A stretch of 16,663 nt of DNA. Source: Pseudomonadota bacterium. GTDB taxonomy: Bacteria; Bdellovibrionota; FAC87; UBA2466. Position numbers and translations under genes: made by a program. Below the pieces are notes generated by a model that saw only the letters and a list, made by a program, of their open reading frames with translations, did no database searches and was not told the origin of the DNA. Within the stretch, counting starts at the first letter, position 1; each line of letters starts with the position of its first letter. The stretch is taken from positions 1-16,663 of the forward strand of contig JAYSWN010000005.1 of assembly GCA_043718025.1 (NCBI GenBank), written 5' to 3'. Shown piece after piece: positions 1 to 6,893 of the stretch.

Positions 1-80
1 CTTCCTTCCGAACTCCACGAAATTCCCTCGCCAATGGGCACAGGCGAGCGTGCCTCAAGAACGGCTCTGCCGGGTATAAC

Positions 81-106
81 GAGATCCTTCGGCTGCGCAT
101 CAGGAC
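81..106. repeat. Degenerate REP-like short palindromic element
   Basis: GAGATCCTTCGGCTGCGCATCAGGAC, with TCCT(85-88)/AGGA(102-105) arms. From memory it resembles the GTCATCCTGAG...GAAGGATCTC class of intergenic palindromic repeats. Only one copy is in the window, so repeat status is unproven. Confidence 0.3.
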
Positions 107-108
107 AC

Positions 109-174
109 GTTCCGGTCGGGAAGAAATTTAGGACCGCCCTTCGGGCGGATATTTTCGTTTTTCCCGACAGGAAC
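109..174 (-). terminator. Long stem-loop directly after the leftward operon (terminator, 3' stabiliser or repeat element)
   Basis: Outer arms GTTCCGGTCGGGAAGAA (109-125) and TTTTTCCCGACAGGAAC (158-174) are complementary at 15 of 17 positions. An inner hairpin CCGCCC-TTC-GGGCGG lies at 134-148. The structure begins 3 nt past the stop codon at 178-180. Confidence 0.5.
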
Positions 175-177
175 TAA

Positions 178-1431
178 TTAAAGACCGGCGGCGGCTTTTT
201 CTGCGGCGATCCAAGCGGTAATCGCATTCTTTTGCGGTGTCGAAAGGACTTCACGAACCGGATGATTCGGAATTTGAGTATCCGGCTTTAAAATCAGCAG
301 TGAGTTAAGCGGAGTGTTGAAATCAGCCCGTAGCAAAGCCTCTAGACAGCCATCCACTCCGGGGCCACTTTGCGGAAAGGCGGTAAAGGCAGCATTTGCC
401 GAGTTGCCGTGGCAGCGCAGACATTTAAAACCCGTCTCCAGGGCCACCGAAGAAGTTCCCTGGTAAACGGTGCTTATCACGGTTTGAAAAAGTTCTGGCA
501 CGCGGCACTGAATAGCCGTGTCTACGGCCGTTGCCTCAGCCTGGCTCTTCTCAATTAGAAAGCTGAAGCCTAAGTTTTGGCCGTTTTGAAATGAGACCAG
601 CTGGGTGGATTCTGACAATTTGGGTACGTTCCAAGTGGCCGTGGGGTTAAAGCTCACAACATCCAAAATGAAATTAAGGTCGACGAAATTCAGGGCGTTG
701 ATGCTAGCCAAACTTTCAATGATAACCCGCATGTCCTTAATGTGAATCTTGCTGTCAGAGGTTGCGATCATTGGGGTATTTAATTGGTAGGCACCGGCGT
801 TGGTTCCCGGAGCGGCCACCAGTTTGGCGTTGATGCGAAACCACACTTTACCGAGCTCAGGAATTACCGCCCCCACATCCCATCGCAGTGGCTTGTCGAC
901 GGTAGTTGAAAGATCAGTGGAGTTCATTTGAACCGAGGTCAAGACCACGCGCCGCCCACTTTCGCAGGTGTAGCTGGGCAAGGCCGAAACTTGGTTGGCC
1001 CATGCTTGAATGGAATTAGAAATTTCGTTACTAAGCGCAACGCACTGATCGTGAGCGCCGCAGTTGTGATCGGAGAGAACCTTTTTTATAAAACGGGAAT
1101 TCGGCATGTCTTCAAAATTAACCAGGGTCGATGCAATTCCCAGCGCTTGATTATCATCTGCACTCAAATAGAGGTAAGGAGCCGAGCTGCCGGTTCCGCC
1201 GTGGCAGCTCGCACAGTTTCGAGCGCCCAAAAGAGTTTTTACCGTAGAGCTATAGGCTTGAACGCGCTTAGCGGTAACTTCGGCGGGTTCTGAAGCGCAG
1301 ATAGCATCGCCTGATTGGTCGTGGGCGCCGCCGCCGCAACCCGAAAAGGTGATTGCAACTACGGTCAGCACGACGAGCAAGCAGGATCCCGCGAGTCGAA
1401 TAATGACAGGTTTTGGAGTCTCTTCAAACAC
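178..1431 (-). CDS. Diheme c-type cytochrome lipoprotein of unknown function
   Basis: Two CXXCH motifs: CASCH (1201-1215) and CLRCH (409-423). A hydrophobic signal ends in lipobox FSG-C. Candidate distal His ligands are in DHNC and KPDTQIPNHP. Start moved from the track's TTG (1446) to GTG 1431, which has GGGGAG 6 nt upstream. Confidence 0.8.
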   Translation of the reverse strand: MFEETPKPVIIRLAGSCLLVVLTVVAITFSGCGGGAHDQSGDAICASEPAEVTAKRVQAYSSTVKTLLGARNCASCHGGTGSSAPYLYLSADDNQALGIASTLVNFEDMPNSRFIKKVLSDHNCGAHDQCVALSNEISNSIQAWANQVSALPSYTCESGRRVVLTSVQMNSTDLSTTVDKPLRWDVGAVIPELGKVWFRINAKLVAAPGTNAGAYQLNTPMIATSDSKIHIKDMRVIIESLASINALNFVDLNFILDVVSFNPTATWNVPKLSESTQLVSFQNGQNLGFSFLIEKSQAEATAVDTAIQCRVPELFQTVISTVYQGTSSVALETGFKCLRCHGNSANAAFTAFPQSGPGVDGCLEALLRADFNTPLNSLLILKPDTQIPNHPVREVLSTPQKNAITAWIAAEKAAAGL

Positions 1432-1475
1432 GTGCCGCTCCCCCAAACAATTAAAACGTTATGAGCAAATCAGAC

Positions 1476-2933
1476 TTAAACGAATATTTTGGCGCGAACG
1501 TCGCTAATTTGCGTTTCGGTTAAACCGATTGCTTTTAGAGTTCGCCCGATCTCGGCTTCGCTTCGCCCATTGGCCCGCATATAACTTGCCATGATCACCG
1601 CCGACACCTGAAAGTCTTGGCCAACCGGCGTGCTTTCATTCGTAGTGCCATTGGCGTTCAAACTACCCACCACGGAACTGGTGACCGGGGTTAAATAATT
1701 CACCATGAAAACGTAAGTGCGACAGTACGCGCGACGATCGCCCTGCCAACGCGCCACATTGCTAGTTCCGGGCGGATTAACTAAAACGTCACGGTTAAAA
1801 TCAGCATTGGTGGCAAGCCCGCCGTCGCTGGTAACCACAAACATTAGCTTTTTCCCTAAGGCGATTGCCAAGGCACAAGCCCGACCCACCTTGGTACCAG
1901 CGGTAAGATCCTTGGCACCGGTAGTGGTGTCGGCGTTGCCGTGGTAATCGTAACCACCCAGCGCAAAGGCTACCGCACCTAAATTTCCTTTGAGGCAGTT
2001 AAAAACCACCGCCAGCTCACGTTCATTGGCGTCTTGGCTATCCGTAATTGTGGCCACCGTCTTCGCAGTAAGGTCAGTGTAAATCGTCAGCGCCGGCGAA
2101 CCGGTCTCTTGGGCATTCATCGAAACGGCGTCGGTACCGCCGGCCGGCGTTACTTTGTCTATAAGCTTTTGCGGGATACCCGAAACCATGTTTTTGAAAA
2201 ATTTTGCCAAGCTACCATCACCATTGCGCGAGGCAAGTTGCGCGTCGTGGATTCGTTTCATGCCGTCGGCGATGGGACCGTAATATTCGGTGGAAGCAAG
2301 CTGACTCGAAAAAGAGGCGGCCCGAATCACATCGCCCACGCGCTGAGCAAAAATAAAATCAGAGCCCGCACTCGTGGTTAGGGGAAAGGTTCGATTTCCA
2401 GACGCCGAATTAGACAGCCCAGCCGAACCGGCCACTTTTGAAATGAGCCCAGAATAAGCATGGGCAGACACAAATCCATATTTCGCGCCGGCCGTATTAT
2501 CATCGCCCGAAGTGCCGCACACCATCACCGCCTGCACCGAAGGCGGAACCGATCCGCCCAGTCCGGCAATAAACCCTTGAGTAAATTTACTGTCGTTAAA
2601 CATTTTTAAGGCGCCCACCGTAGTGGTTCGCAATAAAGCATCGTCAGCGTGACCAATATTCTTCAACGATCCAGCGTCCATTGGGGCCCCGGCCGCATCG
2701 TTGCCTAAGGCAACGTGGCACGAGCTATAGCCACCCTCTAAATGCATGTGAATAAACGGGTCGCCTTCCCAAGTCGCGCTGCCCTCAGCCTGCGCGGTTT
2801 CCGCCCGCAGCAATCCGTGGAGGAGACTGGGCACCGCGAAAAAAGACGCCGTGCTGGCCCCGGCCTTCAAAAAATCGCGACGCGTGCAATTGGCTTCCGC
2901 GTTTTTTGCCCATCTTTTACTCTTGCGTGACAT
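1476..2933 (-). CDS. Tat-exported DUF1501-like protein (putative alkaline-phosphatase-superfamily metalloprotein)
   Basis: Perfect twin-arginine motif TRRDFLK (2865-2885) and an AQA cleavage site. Motifs FIHMHLEGG, LGGYDYH and VVTSDGG parallel the DUF1501 motifs L.GG, GGWDTH and SEFGR. AAGGAG RBS precedes the ATG. Confidence 0.75.
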   Translation of the reverse strand: MSRKSKRWAKNAEANCTRRDFLKAGASTASFFAVPSLLHGLLRAETAQAEGSATWEGDPFIHMHLEGGYSSCHVALGNDAAGAPMDAGSLKNIGHADDALLRTTTVGALKMFNDSKFTQGFIAGLGGSVPPSVQAVMVCGTSGDDNTAGAKYGFVSAHAYSGLISKVAGSAGLSNSASGNRTFPLTTSAGSDFIFAQRVGDVIRAASFSSQLASTEYYGPIADGMKRIHDAQLASRNGDGSLAKFFKNMVSGIPQKLIDKVTPAGGTDAVSMNAQETGSPALTIYTDLTAKTVATITDSQDANERELAVVFNCLKGNLGAVAFALGGYDYHGNADTTTGAKDLTAGTKVGRACALAIALGKKLMFVVTSDGGLATNADFNRDVLVNPPGTSNVARWQGDRRAYCRTYVFMVNYLTPVTSSVVGSLNANGTTNESTPVGQDFQVSAVIMASYMRANGRSEAEIGRTLKAIGLTETQISDVRAKIFV

Positions 2934-2943
2934 GACGTACTCC

Positions 2944-3549
2944 TTAGCGGCTCGCTAAAGCTAAAGTGGAAGCCGCAACCGTCGCACTGAGAACCGATAA
3001 AAACGTCGCTACTGACGGGGCTGGCGTTACCGCCAGTATTGCCGTAGCAGTTTGGGATACCGCGTTAATCTCTTCGGCAGTTGGCTTGCGACCCATTAGC
3101 CGGACTAAAAGTAGGGTTGAGATCGCTGTATTTTTCGTAGCGTCAAATTGAGCGATGGTTGAGCCGGCACCGCTAAACGCCACCAACCCAAACCACTTTC
3201 GGCTCGAGGCCGGTAAGGCCGACTCATTGGTTACCAATCGTCCAAAGACGCGGAATGCAATATCAAACAATGCCTGTTGGCACTTGGGGTTTAGAGTTCC
3301 CAGGCCGCACAACGAATTGGCCTTTGAGGCCCAGGTAGTGGAAATGTTGTTGTTGCCATCGGTGGCCACCTTAATACCGGTGGTCACCGCTAAAAAAGAG
3401 GCCACTTCGTAGGAACCCCTTACGCCGTAAGTTTTTTGAATGGTCGGCGGCAATGGCCCAACGTTATCTTCCGCCGAATGGCTGCTGCCGCAAGAGAGCG
3501 AAAAGGCTGAAGCGACCAATCCGATTGCGATTAAAATCTTTAAGTTCAC
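2944..3549 (-). CDS. Hypothetical lipoprotein, helical, member of the cytochrome c/DUF1501 module
   Basis: GTG start overlaps the upstream TGA (GTGA), with a GGAGG RBS. Signal MNLKILIAIGLVASAFSLS-C has a lipobox. The LMGRKPTAEE segment resembles GR.PT..E helical motifs in DUF1501-associated proteins. Confidence 0.75.
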   Translation of the reverse strand: MNLKILIAIGLVASAFSLSCGSSHSAEDNVGPLPPTIQKTYGVRGSYEVASFLAVTTGIKVATDGNNNISTTWASKANSLCGLGTLNPKCQQALFDIAFRVFGRLVTNESALPASSRKWFGLVAFSGAGSTIAQFDATKNTAISTLLLVRLMGRKPTAEEINAVSQTATAILAVTPAPSVATFLSVLSATVAASTLALASR

Positions 3550-4808
3550 GCGCCACCTCCCACGAAATAAACCGCCACGGCTTCGATTAGGGAACGCAAA
3601 TTCTGATCGCGTTTCAGCTGCTGTCCAAAACGCTCAATTATGCTTTCTTGAGCCGTCAACTCCGCCTTGTCCTCGTCAGTTAGATTGTCCAAAGAGAATT
3701 GTTTCTTAAGATAAATTCGGGAAACCACCTGCTTCGCCATGCAGTTATAAAAGCCGTCGGAGTTGGCGATAAGTTCGCCGAACATGCGCAACCCCTCGCC
3801 TTCCATGTAGCGAAGTTCAGTGCTGCCGTAGGCGGCCAAAGGGCGCCCCGCTAAACCGTTAAAACGAAAAATGGCGTTCTGCTGAGCCGTGACAAAAAGG
3901 TGCCACTCGTCAGTGGTAATCGGCTCCTTCGCAAAATTCACTTCGTTATTCTTATCGCGCGGCGATGTGTACAGCGGAATCGGCATGCCATTGTTGGGGT
4001 TGGTATCGTACCGGGCAAAGGCGCGCGGTATCAATGCATCCATAAAGGAATGGCAACCCACGCAGTTAGACAAATAGTCGTTCACGTTACCCGCTGGCGT
4101 GCGCGGTACGTCGCGCTTCACGAACTTGTCGGGAATGAGTAAAGTCTGGATGTGTTTGATGTCGGTACAATAAAGGTGATTGAGCACCCCATAAATCGGC
4201 CGTCGATTGGTACCCATGTCGATGTAGTTTTGAAACCATGGGTAGGACGTAAAAATTCCCACGCCACCAAATCCGGGACGGTAGTCACCCGATAGGGCGT
4301 CGCGCGGGCTCTTCGTGCTGAACACCACTCTGAAATGAGAGGGGTTATTGGTAGCATAGGCGTCGTTATTTGAAATCGAGCGATCAAAATAGACCCAGTC
4401 GCGAAGTAGCAATTCTTTGAAGGGGATTTCATCACGGGTATAGCCCAAAAACATAGCGCTCAGCTCATTACGATCGCCAACCACATTCTGGTCACGGTTC
4501 CATTGCTGAGGAAGGCTCGCTACCATTACATCGTAAAACTCTCGGGCTCCGGTGCGCGGATGAGTGATGAGCTTAGCCGCGGTATCAAGATGGCCGGCCC
4601 CCACCGCCGCGATCACCGAACTATAGAGAGGGTTCTCCGGAAGTAGCGGGGCCCCGTTGGTCAGAGACATATAAAGGCTGTTGGCGAGATCAAAGGTGGG
4701 ATCGCTGCTTTCGGTGATTCCCGAACGATGATTAGAAAAGCTTCCCGCAAATACAATAACGAAAAGTGCAGAAAGGGACATTTTTTTACTAATCCAAACG
4801 CGCCACAT
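3546..4808 (-). CDS. Exported monoheme c-type protein (DUF1585/DUF1588-like partner of DUF1501 proteins)
   Basis: CVGCH at 4050-4064 followed by ..MD.L...AF..YD. Also GIFTS...GTNRR...LYC and a C-terminal LRMFGELIANSDGFYNCMAKQV block, resembling DUF1588/DUF1585-type proteins. The start is more likely ATG 4808 (or 4781) than TTG 4853, because a sigma-54 box lies at 4821-4836. Confidence 0.75.
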   Translation of the reverse strand: MWRVWISKKMSLSALFVIVFAGSFSNHRSGITESSDPTFDLANSLYMSLTNGAPLLPENPLYSSVIAAVGAGHLDTAAKLITHPRTGAREFYDVMVASLPQQWNRDQNVVGDRNELSAMFLGYTRDEIPFKELLLRDWVYFDRSISNNDAYATNNPSHFRVVFSTKSPRDALSGDYRPGFGGVGIFTSYPWFQNYIDMGTNRRPIYGVLNHLYCTDIKHIQTLLIPDKFVKRDVPRTPAGNVNDYLSNCVGCHSFMDALIPRAFARYDTNPNNGMPIPLYTSPRDKNNEVNFAKEPITTDEWHLFVTAQQNAIFRFNGLAGRPLAAYGSTELRYMEGEGLRMFGELIANSDGFYNCMAKQVVSRIYLKKQFSLDNLTDEDKAELTAQESIIERFGQQLKRDQNLRSLIEAVAVYFVGGGA

Positions 4809-4820
4809 GATTGGTACTAC

Positions 4821-4836
4821 AGCAAGCGTTGTGCCG
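4821..4836 (-). promoter_or_regulatory. Sigma-54 (RpoN) -24/-12 promoter for the leftward operon
   Basis: Minus strand reads CGGCACAACGCTTGCT, an exact GG-N10-GC with GGCAC and TTGC(T) matching the consensus TGGCACG-N4-TTGCW. Predicted TSS is ~4810. Confidence 0.75.
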
Positions 4837-4870
4837 TAAGTTAAGTGCGCCAACTTAGGCTCATTAGTTG

Positions 4871-4883
4871 TAAGTCGTTGACG
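4871..4883 (-). promoter_or_regulatory. IHF-like binding site
   Basis: Minus strand CGTCAACGACTTA versus consensus WATCAANNNNTTR: the TCAA-N4-TTA core is intact with 2 mismatches. It lies between the sigma-54 box and the putative UAS, as expected for DNA looping. Confidence 0.5.
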
Positions 4884-4970
4884 ATCTTATGGGCATGTAT
4901 CAATCGAAAATTTGCGAATACCTAAAACGCAACGGTAGTTTAGATACGACGTATCCCGCCAGAATACCCC

Positions 4971-4986
4971 TGTCACGCCGTTGACA
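4971..4986. promoter_or_regulatory. Putative enhancer (UAS) for a sigma-54 activator
   Basis: Palindrome TGTCA-CGCCGT-TGACA fits TGT-N10-ACA, ~160-175 bp upstream of the predicted sigma-54 TSS. A second small palindrome GATAC-GAC-GTATC lies at 4943-4955. Confidence 0.5.
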
Positions 4987-5075
4987 CGCGTAAGCGCCTT
5001 TGGCCATTCAACAAATGGAGGGGGGGACAAAAACTGACCACTTAGTGATCGTTTTTGAGCGAAAAACAGACAATG

Positions 5076-5105
5076 TGGAAATTTACTTAAGTCGTGAAAT
5101 TTCCA
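5076..5105. promoter_or_regulatory. Perfect 9-bp inverted repeat (operator or RNA hairpin)
   Basis: TGGAAATTT-N12-AAATTTCCA. The spacer contains the palindrome ACTTAAGT (5085-5092). Confidence 0.4.
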
Positions 5106-5201
5106 ACCATATTTTGCGGCATCCCAACGACTATTTTGTTGCCCACACAATTGGCTTCAGCCCGGTGTGCCCCTCGCCGCGTTGGTAATTCCGGCGGCTA
5201 T

Positions 5202-5229
5202 TCAACTCAACGCTCCAATCGTCCGATAT
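5202..5229 (+). promoter_or_regulatory. Possible sigma-28 (FliA)-type promoter for the Agl-Glt-like operon
   Basis: TCAA-N16-TCCGATAT versus consensus TAAA-N15-GCCGATAA. The -10 CCGATA is good, but the -35 and the spacing are imperfect. It ends 34 nt upstream of ATG 5264. Confidence 0.3.
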
Positions 5230-5263
5230 TAGGACTGATGAACTTTTTTCTAAGGAGCCCTTT

Positions 5264-5932
5264 ATGGAGATGATCACCTTTGTACGCGACAACTTATTGC
5301 ACGCCGGACCCATTCTTTTTATCGGGGCCTTGGGCGTGGCCATTGTCTTCGAGCGCTTTTTTGCACTCTTTCTCTACTACCCGTTGATCAGAGCGGAGCA
5401 CTTCTACGAAAAAATCGCCGAAATGGTAATGAGCGCCAAAATTGACGAGGCCACTAAGTATTGCGACAGCTACGAACGCAAGCCGGTCGCCAACGTAATG
5501 AAGGCCGCACTTCAGCGAGCCCATCTGCCCGAAGGTTTGATTCGCGATGGGGTGCAGCTCTCCTTACAAAAATGCTCGCGCGCCATAATGAAACGTACCA
5601 GTTTCTTAGCCACGATCGCTAACGTGGCCACCCTGCTTGGTTTATTCGGAACCGTCGCCGGTCTGATTCAATCCTTTCAAGCCGTAGCCCACGCCGATGC
5701 CCAACAGAAATCGGCCCTTCTGTCCGCCGGTATCGCTGTGGCCATGAACGCGACGATGCTGGGTCTGGGCGTAGCGATTCCTGCGATGTTGGCCTACAGC
5801 TTCTTAATGAACCGCACCAACTCGCTTATCGCCGACCTGGAGCAAGCGGCGGTGCGCAGTATCGACATTCTCAAGCAACGCTACTACGCCAATGACTCGC
5901 AAAAGAGTGAACCCAGCCGGAGAGCTTCATGA
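5264..5932 (+). CDS. MotA/TolQ/ExbB proton-channel subunit (AglR-like)
   Basis: Three predicted TMs. Signature LATIANVATLLGLFGTVAGLIQSF...GIAVAMNATMLGLGVAIP. TAAGGAG RBS at 5251-5257. Confidence 0.95.
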   Translation: MEMITFVRDNLLHAGPILFIGALGVAIVFERFFALFLYYPLIRAEHFYEKIAEMVMSAKIDEATKYCDSYERKPVANVMKAALQRAHLPEGLIRDGVQLSLQKCSRAIMKRTSFLATIANVATLLGLFGTVAGLIQSFQAVAHADAQQKSALLSAGIAVAMNATMLGLGVAIPAMLAYSFLMNRTNSLIADLEQAAVRSIDILKQRYYANDSQKSEPSRRAS

Positions 5933-6387
5933 ACATTGGAGACAGCGGCGGCAACGGTCAGAGCCAAGACTTTGATATCAACCTGGCTCCGATCATTGAC
6001 TGCTTCACCGTACTGATCACCTTCTTACTGGCGTCGGCCTCGTTTCTAGCCATCGGCGTTTTTGATGCCAGCGTCGCCGTAACCGGGCCAACGTCGACAA
6101 CGACCAAACCGCCGTCCGTGCGCGTCGACGTGGAGCTGACGCCCAATTTTGAGATCCATTTACGAACGGCTACCCAGAACTCCAAGGACGTCAAAAGAAT
6201 TGCTCCGATCTCCGGTGACTGGAATATCGCTCAGCTACTACTTGAGCTCGACGCTGTGAAAGTTAAGTGGACCGACGCCAATACCGTGGTGCTTACCGGT
6301 GCAGATGACGTTCAGTACGTTCATATCGTACGCCTTATGGAAAGCATGAGATCGCGCATCCCCAACATCTTACTTGGGGGTTACTGA
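5929..6387 (+). CDS. exbD: ExbD/TolR family motor subunit (AglQ-like)
   Basis: INLAPIIDCFTVLITFLL TM carries the conserved Asp. C-terminal ADDVQYVHIVRLME is an ExbD motif. ATGA overlap with the upstream gene. Confidence 0.92.
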   Translation: MNIGDSGGNGQSQDFDINLAPIIDCFTVLITFLLASASFLAIGVFDASVAVTGPTSTTTKPPSVRVDVELTPNFEIHLRTATQNSKDVKRIAPISGDWNIAQLLLELDAVKVKWTDANTVVLTGADDVQYVHIVRLMESMRSRIPNILLGGY

Positions 6388-6893
6388 TGCAGCGCCGAGC
6401 TCGATTCAGCGTTAAACGACCAATGGCGGCGGAGATGACGCTGCAGATCACCTCCATGGCCGATATTTTTACAATCATCCTGGTGTTTCTGCTTAAAAGT
6501 TTCGCCGGCGGTAACATGACCGTAACGCCCGACCCTTCGACACAGTTGCCACAGGCCGCATCCGGAAGCGAAACCACCAATGCACTCACGATCGAGATAA
6601 ATGAAAAAGGGGTGCTGGTCGACAACGAGCCCGTTACGGAACTTACCGCTTTCCGTTTTCCGGCCAGTGAGCTTCTGCCAAATGGATTGTCCAAATCCCT
6701 CGATGTCAGCTTTGACCGCCAACGCAAAAGGCGCGAATTAATTTCGAAGAGCAACCCTGACGTGAAGGCCGACGGCCGACTGTTGGTGATGGCGGATAAG
6801 AGAGTTCCCTATCTAACGCTTAAATCCATTATTTCGGCCGCGGCGGTACACGGCTACAGCGACCTGAAACTGGTGGTGGTGAAAAAGGAATGA
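6387..6893 (+). CDS. exbD: ExbD/TolR family motor subunit (AglS-like)
   Basis: LQITSMADIFTIILVFLLKSF TM with the conserved Asp and the FLLKSF ending typical of AglS-type subunits. ADKRVPY...AAAVHGY periplasmic motif. TGATG overlap. Confidence 0.92.
   Translation: MQRRARFSVKRPMAAEMTLQITSMADIFTIILVFLLKSFAGGNMTVTPDPSTQLPQAASGSETTNALTIEINEKGVLVDNEPVTELTAFRFPASELLPNGLSKSLDVSFDRQRKRRELISKSNPDVKADGRLLVMADKRVPYLTLKSIISAAAVHGYSDLKLVVVKKE

Noticed and set aside
1..43. SRP RNA (ffs)-like text on the minus strand: CTGTGCC...GAATTTCGTGGAGTTCGGAAGGAAG
   Set aside because: It ends in CGGAAGGAAG like SRP helix 8, but the conserved CAGG of the symmetric loop reads GGAG and the 3' half is outside the window. 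An Infernal search on extended sequence would settle it.
1..177. Open + frame 1 ending at TAA 175-177, abutting the minus-strand stop; also an open minus frame from ATG 100
   Set aside because: Neither translation is recognisable, and the region is dominated by hairpins. They cannot be supported as CDS without flanking sequence.
4981..4986. Perfect TTGACA as a sigma-70 -35
   Set aside because: No credible -10 at 16-18 bp. It is better explained as half of the TGTCA/TGACA palindrome.
5020..5026. G7 homopolymer as a phase-variation tract
   Set aside because: Too short, and not within a supported CDS or promoter spacer.
5100..5145. c-di-GMP-I riboswitch-like words on the minus strand (GGGCAAC...GCCGCAAAATATGG)
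   Set aside because: No GNRA-capped P2 hairpin or P3 receptor, and it lies upstream of the sigma-54 promoter, so it would not be in that transcript.
4887..5343. Small ORFs in the divergent intergenic region (4887-5150 -, 5000-5188 +, 5131-5343 -)
   Set aside because: No RBS or recognisable motifs, and they overlap regulatory palindromes or the motor gene.
5264..6893. Ordinary TonB-ExbBD iron uptake or Tol-Pal locus
   Set aside because: No TonB-dependent receptor, tolB or pal is present. Two ExbD paralogues plus AgmX/PglI, TPR and small-barrel genes indicate the Agl-Glt family.
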